Source of the DNA: Bacteroidota bacterium | GTDB taxonomy: Bacteria > Bacteroidota > Rhodothermia > Rhodothermales > JAAAOL01 | Length of the DNA: 61,052 bases | Reading direction: 5' to 3' | Assembly (NCBI GenBank): GCA_009908885.1 | Contig: JAAAOL010000315.1 | Span: forward strand, 1-61,052 | Part shown: positions 16,942 to 26,156 of the stretch, in pieces | Numbering within the stretch: the stretch's first letter is position 1 | Layout of the letters: each line of letters starts with the position of its first letter | The notes under the pieces: model-generated | Databases searched by the model: none | The model's input: only the letters and a program-made list of their open reading frames with translations | What the model was told of the DNA's origin: nothing | Translations under genes and position numbers: made by a program

Positions 16942-17613
16942 GAGATCACCCTACCCACCACGCAGCACGTCGTCCGTCCCGGCAAGCTGCTCTGCATCGG
17001 TCGCAACTACGCCCGGCACGCCGCGGAGATGAAGAGCGACGTCCCGGACCAGCCGATGGTGTTTTTGAAACCCTCGACCGCACTCGTCGCCCACGGCGGG
17101 GCCGTCGTCCTGCCCGCGGCCTCGAACGACGTCCATCATGAGGTCGAGCTCGTCGCGGTGATCGGCAAGGGCGGACGGCGGATTCCTGAAGCGAGCGCGC
17201 TCGATCATGTGGACGGATACGCCGTCGGGCTCGACATGACGGCACGCGACATCCAGGCGGCGGCCAAGGGGAAGGGCCACCCGTGGAGCGTGGCGAAAGG
17301 CTATGACACGTTCGCGCCGCTCGGCGGCTTCGTCGCGGCCCGGGACGTGGACGATCCGCAGATGCTGGACATCGACCTGATGGTGAACGGAAAATTGCGC
17401 CAGTCGGGCAGCACGGAGGACATGATCTTCCCGGTAGCCCACCTCGTCGCTTACTGCTCCCGCATCTTCACCCTGGAGCCTGGCGACCTCCTCTACACCG
17501 GCACGCCCGAGGGCGTCGGTCCCGTGCAGCGGGGCGACGTATTGGAAGCCACCGTGACCGGCTTGCCGCCGCTGCGCGTCACCGTCGAGGCCGAGGACCC
17601 GCCTACGCCGTAA
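16942..17613 (+). CDS. fumarylacetoacetate hydrolase (FAH) family protein
   Basis: [16 protein letters not shown]...[14 protein letters not shown]...[15 protein letters not shown]. Start at the ATG at 16942 (MEITL). Confidence 0.85.
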   Translation, partial: EITLPTTQHVVRPGKLLCIGRNYARHAAEMKSDVPDQPMVFLKPSTALVAHGGAVVLPAASNDVHHEVELVAVIGKGGRRIPEASALDHVDGYAVGLDMTARDIQAAAKGKGHPWSVAKGYDTFAPLGGFVAARDVDDPQMLDIDLMVNGKLRQSGSTEDMIFPVAHLVAYCSRIFTLEPGDLLYTGTPEGVGPVQRGDVLEATVTGLPPLRVTVEAEDPPTP

Positions 17614-18637
17614 TCCGCCGCCCAAAGCGGCGACGCATCACGCTGACGACGTCGTCGATATCGTCCATCGTGACATCCAGGTGGGTCGTCGCCCGGATCG
17701 TGGACGGGCCGAACGGCACCATGTACACGTCGTCCTCCCGCAGCGATTCCAGCACAGGCTGCGCCGGGCCGTCGACCACGTCGAACATGACGATGTTGGT
17801 CTCCACCGTGTCGAGGTCGATGGAGAAGGCGTCCAGGTCGGCGATGCCTTCCGCCAGGCGGCGGGCCTTGGCGTGATCCTCGGCGAGGCGCGGGCGGTGC
17901 TGGTCGAGCGCGTGGAGGCCCGCCGCGGCCAGGACGCCCACCTGCCGCATCCCGCCGCCGAACAGCTTGCGGTAGCGGTGCGCCTGCTCGATCAGCGCGT
18001 CCGAGCCGACGATGAGCGAGCCGACGGGCGCGCCGAGGCCCTTCGAGAGGCAGACGCTGATGGTGTCGAACGGGGCGGCGTAGTCGCGCTCGGGGATGCC
18101 TGACGCCGCCGACGCGTTCCACAGCCGGGCGCCATCGAGGTGCGTGCTGAGGTCGTGTTCGTGCGCCAGCTCAGCCAAGGCCTGCAGGCGCTCCAGCGGA
18201 TAGACCACGCCGCCGGCCTTGTTGATCGTGTTCTCCAGGCAGAGCAGGCGCGACGGCGCTTCCCAGTAGTAGCCGGGCCGGATGGCCGCTTCGATCGTCT
18301 CGGGCGTGCAGATGCCCTTGGTCCCGTCGACCACGTGCAGTTGCACGCCGGAGAGCAGCCCGGGGGCGCCGGACTCGTAGTTAAAGATGTGGCACTGACG
18401 CTCGACGATAACTTCGTCGCCCGGGTTCGTGTGCACCTTCAGGCCGAGCTGGTTGCCCATCACGCCGGAGGGCACGAACAGGGCGGCGTCTTTGCCCAGG
18501 AGTTCGGCGACGGTGTCCTGGAGCCGGTTCACGGTGGGGTCTTCGCCGAACACGTCGTCGCCCACGTCGGCCTCGGCCATTGCCTGGCGCATCGCAGGGG
18601 TGGGACGCGTGACGGTATCGCTGCGCAGGTCGATCAT
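17603..18637 (-). CDS. ltaE: low-specificity L-threonine aldolase
   Basis: [40 protein letters not shown] and the PLP lysine region [14 protein letters not shown]. Confidence 0.85.
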   Translation of the reverse strand: MIDLRSDTVTRPTPAMRQAMAEADVGDDVFGEDPTVNRLQDTVAELLGKDAALFVPSGVMGNQLGLKVHTNPGDEVIVERQCHIFNYESGAPGLLSGVQLHVVDGTKGICTPETIEAAIRPGYYWEAPSRLLCLENTINKAGGVVYPLERLQALAELAHEHDLSTHLDGARLWNASAASGIPERDYAAPFDTISVCLSKGLGAPVGSLIVGSDALIEQAHRYRKLFGGGMRQVGVLAAAGLHALDQHRPRLAEDHAKARRLAEGIADLDAFSIDLDTVETNIVMFDVVDGPAQPVLESLREDDVYMVPFGPSTIRATTHLDVTMDDIDDVVSVMRRRFGRRITA

Positions 18638-18851
18638 GGATTTGAAGAGTGTGTGGGGGTCAAACTGGATCAGCTAGATGACATCCGGGTCGTCGATGTC
18701 GCATGACGATACGCGGGGTTCGCCACCAGATGAGGGGCGAACGGAGCAGGAGAGTGCCTTCATGCAACACGCTCCACGAGCCACGTTCTCGACACTGGGG
18801 GCATCGATGTATCGAAAAGGGGATGGGAAGGGATCATCAATCGAGAAGACC

Positions 18852-19553
18852 CTACCAGCCCATCTGCCGCATCCGGGTGAGGATCACGTTGCGATAGGCC
18901 GTCATGCGCTGCGGAGTGCGGGCGCGCGGGTTCGGGATGCAGGCGGCGAGCGCGGCGGCCTGGCTCCGCGACAGATCGGCGGCGGCGCGTCCGTAGTAGT
19001 GTTGGGCGGCCGCCTCGGCGCCGTAGACGCCGTCATCCCATTCGATCACGTTCAGGTATAGCGTCAAGATGCGGTCTTTCGAGAGGATCGCCTCGGCGGC
19101 ATACGTGAGGGGCAGCTCCAGCGCCTTGCGGACGTACGAGCTATGCGTCGTCTGGAACAGGTTTTTGACGAGTTGCTGGGTGATGGTCGATCCCCCGCGC
19201 CACGTGCGCCCGCGCCGCCGGTTGTCCTCGATGGCCTTCCGCACCGCCTGCCAGTCGACGCCCAGGTGCTCGAAGAATCGGGCATCCTCCGCGGCGACGG
19301 CGGCATGCCGGAGGTGCGGGGAGATCGCTTCAGCCGAGACGGGCGCGTACCGTTTCGCGTAGTCTCGTCCCTGCGCCAGCGCCTCGATGCGCCGTTGCAT
19401 CTGCACGCCCGTCGTGGGCGGGTCGACGACGGTGTAGGCGCTGAGCAGCAGCACGCACAGGCCGAAGTACGTCGCCACCAGCATCACCGGCAGCAGCAGC
19501 ACGCCATAGAGCGTGCGCTTCCAGGGCGAGGCGGGCGTCGGGCGGGTAGCCAC
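18852..19553 (-). CDS. mtgA: monofunctional biosynthetic peptidoglycan transglycosylase
   Basis: GT51 motifs AEDARFFEHLGVDW, GGSTITQQLVKN and RKALELPLT, with a single N-terminal TM segment. GTG start. Confidence 0.87.
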   Translation of the reverse strand: MATRPTPASPWKRTLYGVLLLPVMLVATYFGLCVLLLSAYTVVDPPTTGVQMQRRIEALAQGRDYAKRYAPVSAEAISPHLRHAAVAAEDARFFEHLGVDWQAVRKAIEDNRRRGRTWRGGSTITQQLVKNLFQTTHSSYVRKALELPLTYAAEAILSKDRILTLYLNVIEWDDGVYGAEAAAQHYYGRAAADLSRSQAAALAACIPNPRARTPQRMTAYRNVILTRMRQMGW

Positions 19554-19564
19554 GGCGGGCAGGC

Positions 19565-20050
19565 TTATCGGCTGATGTCCAGAATCTTCAGCTTCACCGT
19601 TCCTGCAGGCACGTCGATTTCCACCACGTCGCCGATCTCCTTCCCGAGCAGGCCTTTGCCGATCGGGCTTTTAATGGAAATCTTCTGCTGCGCGAGATCG
19701 GCCTCTTCCTGAGAGACGAGCGTGAAGCTCTGCTCCGCGTCGGTATTCAGGTTCTTGACCTTGACGGTAGACAGGATGAACGCCTTGCTGTCGTCGATCT
19801 GGCTCTCATCGACCACCCGCGCGTTCGAAATCGTCGTTTCGAGCTTCGAAATGCGGGCTTCGAGGTGGCCCTGGGCTTCCTTGGCGGCATCGTATTCGGC
19901 GTTCTCCGAGATGTCCCCGTGGGCCCGGGCCTCAGCGATGGCGTCAGCGATGCGGGCACGCTCGGCGGTGCGGAGGTGGTGAAGCTCTTTCTTGAGTTTG
20001 TCGAACCCTTCTTGGGTGAGGTAGGTCTTCTGCGACGTCTGTTTTGCCAT
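19565..20050 (-). CDS. greA: transcription elongation factor GreA
   Basis: YLTQEGFDKLKKELHHL...HGDISENAEYDAAKEAQ. Start at the internal ATG at 20050 (MAKQTS). Confidence 0.93.
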   Translation of the reverse strand: MAKQTSQKTYLTQEGFDKLKKELHHLRTAERARIADAIAEARAHGDISENAEYDAAKEAQGHLEARISKLETTISNARVVDESQIDDSKAFILSTVKVKNLNTDAEQSFTLVSQEEADLAQQKISIKSPIGKGLLGKEIGDVVEIDVPAGTVKLKILDISR

Positions 20051-20129
20051 AGTTCGTGTTGCGACGTTGGTATCGAATCGTGTGTCAAGCCGGGCCGGTT
20101 GCCGTCGAGGACCACTGCTGCAGGACGGA

Positions 20130-20167
20130 CAAAAAAGAAGACGCCACGGCCGAGAAACGGCTGCGGC
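20130..20167 (-). terminator. Rho-independent terminator after the NlpC/P60 gene
   Basis: Minus strand: GCCGCAGCC ... GGCCGTGGC (9 bp, with 1 mismatch and 1 G-U), followed by GTCTTCTTTTTTG. Confidence 0.65.
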
Positions 20168-20267
20168 GAGCGTCCTTGCAAGGCGAGGCAACGGGTGTCG
20201 GGAACACCTTTACACGCGAGCATGACCGATGTGATCCCAGCGCGGCGGTGGGACTCGGCGGCTCACG

Positions 20268-20804
20268 CTACCAGCCCGTCCGTGCGGACGGCGGCGATTC
20301 CGGAGTGGGGGAGGGGGCTGGTGGGGATGGCGCGGCGGCGGGCACTTCGCTGAGAATGCGGCGGGACATCCAGTACGTTCGCTGCCAGTATGCGCCATTC
20401 AGGCGGGACACGGTGACGCCGGAGCTGCTGGAGGCGTGGACGAACTCGCCGTCGCCGAGATAGATGCCCACGTGGCGGGTTTTGGGAGCCGTCTTGAAAA
20501 ACACGAGATCACCGGGCGCTCGTCGGCTCGCCCGCACTTTTTGGCCTTGCCTCGCCTGTTCGCGGGTCGTACGCGGCAGTTCGACGTCGAAGCGCTCGGC
20601 GAAGATCGCCTGGACCAGCCCGGAGCAATCGACGCCGCGACGAGACGTGCCGCCCCAGCGGTGGGGGGTGCCGTCCCACGCTGCGGCGGCGGAGCGCACT
20701 TGTTGCTCCACCTCGCTCGTGTTGTTGCGCTCGATGGCTGACGGACCGCTACACCCGCTCAGGAGGAGGACCGCGCAAAGTCCGGCCAGGAACGTCCACC
20801 GCAT
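20268..20804 (-). CDS. NlpC/P60-family peptidoglycan hydrolase lipoprotein
   Basis: Lipobox LLLSGC after the ATG at 20804, catalytic DCSGLV, HVGIYLGDGEFVHAS, and a Pro-rich C-terminal tail. Confidence 0.85.
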   Translation of the reverse strand: MRWTFLAGLCAVLLLSGCSGPSAIERNNTSEVEQQVRSAAAAWDGTPHRWGGTSRRGVDCSGLVQAIFAERFDVELPRTTREQARQGQKVRASRRAPGDLVFFKTAPKTRHVGIYLGDGEFVHASSSSGVTVSRLNGAYWQRTYWMSRRILSEVPAAAPSPPAPSPTPESPPSARTGW

Positions 20805-20910
20805 GGCTCGTCGTGGAAACTGGAAGGGCAACGAACGTATAACCTGCACAGGCGTCCACCGTAGAGTACTACGCCCTGCATCGCGCTTCTAAACATACTG
20901 CTTCCTCGTC

Positions 20911-21240
20911 ATGAACGCCAAGTCCTCGATGATCGTGACAGCCGCTACAGCCTTCGTGGGTGGCTTCTTTGCCGGATTATTTTATGCGTCCGAGACCGGC
21001 CATACCGTGCGCCGCCGTATCGCCGACCAGGCGCAGCACTCGACGCGCTGGATGGAGGGCCGTCTCCATGAGGTCGAGACGCGGGTGCAGGTGATGGAGC
21101 AGCACCTGGAAGATGCGGGGCATGAAATCTCGGACAAGCTGCGTGAGGCGACGGACCGCTACGTGCCGCGCTCGTCCGACGAGTGGACGGTCGAGTCGGG
21201 CGAGATGGCGCGCGACCTGCGCCGGATGCCCCGGCAGTAA
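20911..21240 (+). CDS. YtxH domain-containing protein
   Basis: N-terminal TM plus GGFFAGLFYASETGHTVRRRI (YtxH-like G-x-L-F-A-x-x-S/T-G), then a coiled-coil region. Confidence 0.6.
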   Translation: MNAKSSMIVTAATAFVGGFFAGLFYASETGHTVRRRIADQAQHSTRWMEGRLHEVETRVQVMEQHLEDAGHEISDKLREATDRYVPRSSDEWTVESGEMARDLRRMPRQ

Positions 21241-21334
21241 CGTCAACGTCAGCGTTGGATCCGTAGCCGCTGTCGTTCGTTTGCACACCCTTCCTCATCG
21301 TTCATCCTGCCGGATCACCAATTTCTTCCTGCTG

Positions 21335-21856
21335 ATGCCGTACCCAGAAGCTCTCGTCCAACCGATGCGCCAGGAGTTGACGCGCCTGGGCGTCGAAGAA
21401 TTAAAGACTGCTGAAGCCGTCGATACGGCGTTTGCGGATGCTGAAGACGCCTCGATGCTGCTCGTGATCAATTCGGTGTGCGGCTGTGCCGCTGCCAACG
21501 CCCGGCCCGCCGTGGCCATGGCCAAGCAGGCCGACGTGCCCCAGCCGGACCGCCATGTCACCGTCTTTGCGGGGCAGGACCTGGAAGCCACCGAGCGCGC
21601 CCGTGAGTACCTCGCAGGCATCCCGCCGTCTTCACCCTTCATCGCTCTCCTTAACGAAGGGGACCCGGTGTTCGTGCTCGAACGGCGTCATATCGAAGGG
21701 CGTAGCGCCAGCGCGATCGCCTCGGATCTGGTCCAGGCGTATCAGTCGCTCGCGGACGGTACAGCAGCCGACGACGGTGCCCCGGCTCGCCCGGACGCTG
21801 CGCAAGAGCCGGAGTCTGACAACGGGCTGCCTTCCACCTTCCGCTCGATCATGTAG
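21335..21856 (+). CDS. BrxA/BrxB-family bacilliredoxin (DUF1094) with acidic C-terminal tail
   Basis: MPYPEALVQPMRQELT...LLVINSVCGCAAANARP (CGC redox motif). Start at the ATG at 21335. Confidence 0.75.
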   Translation: MPYPEALVQPMRQELTRLGVEELKTAEAVDTAFADAEDASMLLVINSVCGCAAANARPAVAMAKQADVPQPDRHVTVFAGQDLEATERAREYLAGIPPSSPFIALLNEGDPVFVLERRHIEGRSASAIASDLVQAYQSLADGTAADDGAPARPDAAQEPESDNGLPSTFRSIM

Positions 21857-21885
21857 CGATACTCCTTTTTCTTGTGACGTGCTGC

Positions 21886-21918
21886 AAGGCCGGCGTCCTA
21901 TTGGGCGTCGGCCTTTTC
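21886..21918 (+). terminator. Candidate terminator after the bacilliredoxin gene (overlaps the 3' end of the convergent flippase gene)
   Basis: AAGGCCGGCG (21886-21895) pairs with CGTCGGCCTT (21906-21915), including one G-U, followed by TTC. Confidence 0.45.
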
Positions 21919-23403
21919 AGTAGTCGGCGGCTCCTGCGACCGTCGGTCGGCCAGCAGTTGGTCGCGCCACAGGAGCAGGGCCAGGTAGACGAGGCCGCCC
22001 AGCGCAGCGACGAGGGTGGTGACGAGGGGGCGGGCGTTCAGCGCTACCGCGATGCCCGTTATTGCAATTCCGGGCGCAGCCATCAGGGCATATCGCAGGT
22101 ACGGACGAACGGCATCTCCGAGTGATACGTCCGCTAGACGCAGGAGCAGCACGAGATGTCCAACCCGCAACAGCGCTCCGACGCCGCCCAGCACGCCCAG
22201 GGTGAGCAGCACGTCACCCGACGGGCCCGTACCCAGCAGCGCCGCCGCCAGGAGTACGAACATGATCAGGCTGGCACCCAGGTCCAGGCGCTGGCGTTCC
22301 AGCACATCGAAGAGGCGGGTAAGGGGCGAAGCGACCGACGCCAGGAAGAGCCACGGGGCGACGTAGCGGACGTAGACGCCCGCCGTCCGCCAGACATCCC
22401 CGAAGACGAACTCGAACAGGTCGGGCCCGGCCAGCAGCAAGAGCAGCGCCGGGAAGAGCCCGATCATCACGAGGCGGCGATGCACCGTCGTCGTAAGCGT
22501 GGACAGGGTACCGGACTCTTGGGCCTCGGCCGCCTGGACGAAGAATACCTGTGCCACGGCTCCGCCGATGATGCTCAGTGGTACGGCCAGCGCCACGAAG
22601 GCGCGTCCGAAAAACCCCAGCACGTCGGTCGTGAAATAGATGGGCAGCAGCAGGTACGGCAGCCGCACCAGCACGATGTTCAGGAGCGAGGAGGGCGTGG
22701 AGAAGAGCGCGAAGCGGCGATAGCGGCGTGCGAGGCGTCGCCAGAGGGAGACGTCGAAGATGCTTCGCAGATAGCGCCGCATCTGCCGGACCACGAGGGT
22801 GCCCAGCAGGAGCGCCGATGCCAGATGGCCGAGAGCGAAGCCTCCGATGAGTCCTCCCGGGCTCGTCGTCAGAGCCGCTCCCGCGCCGATGCGCCCGGAG
22901 ATCATCGTGAGGGTCTGGGTGACCGTTCCAGCGGAGACGAGCCGGAAGCGACGCGCCCGGGTGAGCCACAGCTCGGCCAGCTTCGAGATGCGCATGACGA
23001 GCAATGTCGGGGGGACGAGCACCAGCCAGGGTGCCAGGTCGGGGATGCCCAACCACGCGGCGATCGGGGTGCGCCAGGGCAGCAGCAGGGCCGTTGCTAC
23101 CACGGTGACCGTCAGCAGACCCACCGCCAGCCCCACGAGCCCGGCCGCCTCGCGCTCGCTCTCCGGCTGCATGATGGCGTCCTCGTAACGCCACGAGGCA
23201 AAGGCCATCAGCACCGTCAGCAGCGTGATGAAGTAGTCGGAGACGCCGAAGGAGGACGGCGGATAGAGCCGCGTCAGGACGGGCTGCGCCAGATACGCCA
23301 GGACGAGCACGATGCCAGAGCCCGACAGCAACGTCAGCACGGGGCCCCGAAAGCCGGAGGTCGTAAACAGGGCAGCAAGGCGCTGGCGGAGGGGCGTCAT
23401 CAT
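21898..23403 (-). CDS. Wzx-type oligosaccharide/polysaccharide flippase (MOP superfamily)
   Basis: 501 aa and roughly 12-14 predicted TM helices with typical polysaccharide-biosynthesis-protein composition. Its ATG overlaps the upstream stop as ATGA (23400-23403). Confidence 0.72.
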   Translation of the reverse strand: MMTPLRQRLAALFTTSGFRGPVLTLLSGSGIVLVLAYLAQPVLTRLYPPSSFGVSDYFITLLTVLMAFASWRYEDAIMQPESEREAAGLVGLAVGLLTVTVVATALLLPWRTPIAAWLGIPDLAPWLVLVPPTLLVMRISKLAELWLTRARRFRLVSAGTVTQTLTMISGRIGAGAALTTSPGGLIGGFALGHLASALLLGTLVVRQMRRYLRSIFDVSLWRRLARRYRRFALFSTPSSLLNIVLVRLPYLLLPIYFTTDVLGFFGRAFVALAVPLSIIGGAVAQVFFVQAAEAQESGTLSTLTTTVHRRLVMIGLFPALLLLLAGPDLFEFVFGDVWRTAGVYVRYVAPWLFLASVASPLTRLFDVLERQRLDLGASLIMFVLLAAALLGTGPSGDVLLTLGVLGGVGALLRVGHLVLLLRLADVSLGDAVRPYLRYALMAAPGIAITGIAVALNARPLVTTLVAALGGLVYLALLLWRDQLLADRRSQEPPTTEKADAQ

Positions 23404-25067
23404 CGACCGGGCGGGAGCGAGGAAGATGACACGCGATAGATGGTCCCGGCCCCGTTCCGCTGCACGGGCTGAAACGGTTCTGGCAGAGATGGGGCGTCGG
23501 CAGGACGGACGACGTAGTCCACCGCGTAGGCCTCGGCTACGTGGAGGAGGACCGGAGGGGGCAGGGTCGAGTACGAACTGTCGAGGCTGTGCTGGAGGTC
23601 ACGCGGAGCACGTTCAGGAAGATCGATGGGCGCCCACGTCGTGAGCCGAGCGAACCATTCGCGGATCAGCGGTTCGCGGTAGGGGATGGCTTTGAAGTTG
23701 ACCACGATGCTACGCTGGGCGTAGGTGCGGAAGTCGGACCAGGAGGGCGGTACCGCGAACTGGGCTTCCGTCGGGGTGTGTCGCTGCGCCCAGGTCATCA
23801 AGGCGCCTCGCTCGCTCTGCAGCCGGACCCCGGGGCGGTTCAGATGATAGAGCGGACTTCCGGGCCACGTCAGGCCGAGCAGGGCGATCCCCCAGAGCGA
23901 CGTCACGAGCAGTAGACCGACCCTGCCCAGCCGTAGACTTCCCTGCGCGAATCGCTTCAACGCGCCGGGTAAAAGGGCAGTGACAGCCCCGGATATCCCG
24001 ACGAGCGCTAGGAGCTTCGCGACGACCGTGGCCTTGAATAGTTGCAGCTTGGCGACAAAAAGCCAGGGCACCACTTCCGTACAGAGCGTGCCCACGATTG
24101 CCAGTCCTGCTACCGTCGCCAGGGCGGTGGCCACGAAGGTCGGGTGGGCCAGTCGGCTTCGACGGTGCAACCAGAACAGGCCCCAGCCCCCGAGCAGAAG
24201 GATCCCGCCGAACTTGACGTACGATTCGACCGGAAAGGCACTCGGCAGGTAGTGGTGCGGCAGCCGAAACTGGGCCATGATGTAGAACAGCGAGGGCGTC
24301 GCCGACGGATCAGGCGTGGGGGCCACCTGCCCGATGAGGATCGGCCCGAGCACCGGCGCACTCACCAGCACGACTGCTACGATGAACTTGACCACGGCCC
24401 GCCGGGCTGCTTGACCCAACAGACTGTGTCGGCGGTTCCAACGTCGCACCAGCAGCCAGATGCCGATGATACCCGCCACCTGTAGCCCTACGAGCGCCTG
24501 CATCCAGGTCGCCAATCCCAGCAGTGCGCCCGCGAAGAGCCAGCGCTCCTGCAGGGCTGCCCACAGTCCCCAGAGGGCCAGCGCCCAGCCCATCATGCTC
24601 GGCACCAGCATGCTGTGCGCCAGATCGTTGCCGCCCAGCGTCCACTGCGGCGTCATCACCAGGGTGAGTACTACGGCGATCGCTGCCGCTACCCGGTCGC
24701 CGGTGAAGTGGTCGGTGAGGGCCCAGACGGCGCCCGCGAGCAGCAGCCAGACCGCGACGAAGGCCAGGAGCACGACCAGCCAGACGGGCAACACCTCCGC
24801 CGGGCCGCGCAGCAGCCACACGACGACGGTGCGCACGTTGAGGTCCGTCACCTGCGCCTGGACGAACCAGTCGCTGGCGAACAGTTCGGGCTTCAAGAGG
24901 TGCAGCAGGTAGGGGATCACCTCATCCTGGTCGCTCGTGCCGTAATCGTAGCCGAAGCGAAGCACGTAGAGCAGCAGCGCACCGGGGAGGACGTACCAGC
25001 GCGGATCGACAGCAGAAGACGAGTGCCCGCGCAGGCCAGTGTCGGAGGCAGGGGATGAGGCGGGCAC
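23400..25067 (-). CDS. large polytopic membrane protein, function unknown (GT-C-like suspicion)
   Basis: 555 aa. Many TM helices followed by a ~150-aa soluble C-terminal domain. An acidic cluster YDYGTSDQDEVIPY sits in the first extracytoplasmic loop. GTG start, start uncertain. Confidence 0.6.
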   Translation of the reverse strand: MPASSPASDTGLRGHSSSAVDPRWYVLPGALLLYVLRFGYDYGTSDQDEVIPYLLHLLKPELFASDWFVQAQVTDLNVRTVVVWLLRGPAEVLPVWLVVLLAFVAVWLLLAGAVWALTDHFTGDRVAAAIAVVLTLVMTPQWTLGGNDLAHSMLVPSMMGWALALWGLWAALQERWLFAGALLGLATWMQALVGLQVAGIIGIWLLVRRWNRRHSLLGQAARRAVVKFIVAVVLVSAPVLGPILIGQVAPTPDPSATPSLFYIMAQFRLPHHYLPSAFPVESYVKFGGILLLGGWGLFWLHRRSRLAHPTFVATALATVAGLAIVGTLCTEVVPWLFVAKLQLFKATVVAKLLALVGISGAVTALLPGALKRFAQGSLRLGRVGLLLVTSLWGIALLGLTWPGSPLYHLNRPGVRLQSERGALMTWAQRHTPTEAQFAVPPSWSDFRTYAQRSIVVNFKAIPYREPLIREWFARLTTWAPIDLPERAPRDLQHSLDSSYSTLPPPVLLHVAEAYAVDYVVRPADAPSLPEPFQPVQRNGAGTIYRVSSSSLPPGR

Positions 25068-25083
25068 GAGACAGAGGCGACGG

Positions 25084-26058
25084 CTAACGGCGGAGGGCGT
25101 TCAGGAGGCGGAGTTCCGGACGCGTGAACGTCTCCAGAAGATAATAGGGCACGAGCGTAGGACCAAAGCGCCGCTTGAACTCGGCGATGGAGGGCGTGTT
25201 GGCTCCCACGAAATCGAAGTGGAGGAACTGCTCGTCCTGCAACTGCTCCAGCACGGCTCCGATCAGTACGGTCATGGCGGGGCCTGGCTCGCTGCCCGCG
25301 ATCCAGTAGTGCGCCATCCGATCGTCATGCAGCACGGCGATCCCGGCCTCTACCGACGTGCTCCCGGTGGGCGATGCGGTAAGCAGGCGAAGTTGGCCCT
25401 GCCGGTGCAGGTCGTCCATGAGGGACTGCAACGCCTGGCGGTCTGCCGGGAGGGAGCGTCCGTGGCGCTCGTAGCCAGCCGCGCACAACGCCACGATCGC
25501 GCCCGCCGTGTCGGACCGCTCCTCGATTTCGTAGGATGCCTGGTGCTTGCGGTAGGTCGACCGGGAAGAGCTAGACCAGTCGCTGAGTAGATCCTCTTGC
25601 GTGTCGAGCGAGATCCGGTAGGTATAGAACGGCGTCGTCGTCCATCCGCGCCACTGGCCGACGCGCACGTCCGGTAGTCCGGGGCAGAAGAGGCGAAGGT
25701 GGTGGTAGTCGTCTTCGAGTGACGCGAGCAGCGCCTCGAACGCTGACCGCCGGTAATGAATGTCGGTCTCCCGGGGCAGCGTGCGCAGCAGCAGCGGCGA
25801 ATACTGCGTCATGGGCGGAATCAGCCCCTGACGATACGGGCCGCGCCGTCGCCCGTAGATGATCGCGCCCGCCTCCACATCGCCGTCTTGATCGGCCACG
25901 AGGTGCATGTCAGCGTGCAGGTCGAACGCCTCCGCCGCGGCACGGGCGTACGCCAGCGACGAAAACACGGTGCGCTGGGGGGAGATGTCCCACAGGGCCT
26001 GCCACTGGCGCTGCGCGTTAGCATCGCTCAGCGGATGTGTCGTCGTGGTCCAGTCCAT
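25084..26058 (-). CDS. FemAB-like / GNAT (Acetyltransf_6, CelD/BcsL-like) acyltransferase
   Basis: The C-terminal region ...AHYWIAGSEPGPAMTVLIGAVLEQLQDEQFLHFDFVGANTPSIAEFKRRFG matches the FemAB-like GNAT pattern. Confidence 0.62.
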   Translation of the reverse strand: MDWTTTTHPLSDANAQRQWQALWDISPQRTVFSSLAYARAAAEAFDLHADMHLVADQDGDVEAGAIIYGRRRGPYRQGLIPPMTQYSPLLLRTLPRETDIHYRRSAFEALLASLEDDYHHLRLFCPGLPDVRVGQWRGWTTTPFYTYRISLDTQEDLLSDWSSSSRSTYRKHQASYEIEERSDTAGAIVALCAAGYERHGRSLPADRQALQSLMDDLHRQGQLRLLTASPTGSTSVEAGIAVLHDDRMAHYWIAGSEPGPAMTVLIGAVLEQLQDEQFLHFDFVGANTPSIAEFKRRFGPTLVPYYLLETFTRPELRLLNALRR

Positions 26059-26156
26059 GGGGCCCGGGACGGCGGGAGAGGCATCGAAGTCAAGTGCGGC
26101 GCGTCTCTACAAACCGTGCTCATCGCCTATCCGGACGTCGCCATGCTGAACTCGCA

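Noticed and set aside
18638-18851. Possible glycine/threonine-responsive riboswitch in the 214-nt spacer upstream of ltaE (contains GGAGCAGGAGAG)
   Set aside because: The GGAGAG-like string is on the plus strand, the wrong strand for the minus-strand ltaE leader. No second conserved glycine-riboswitch element (ACCGAAGGGGCAA-like) is present.
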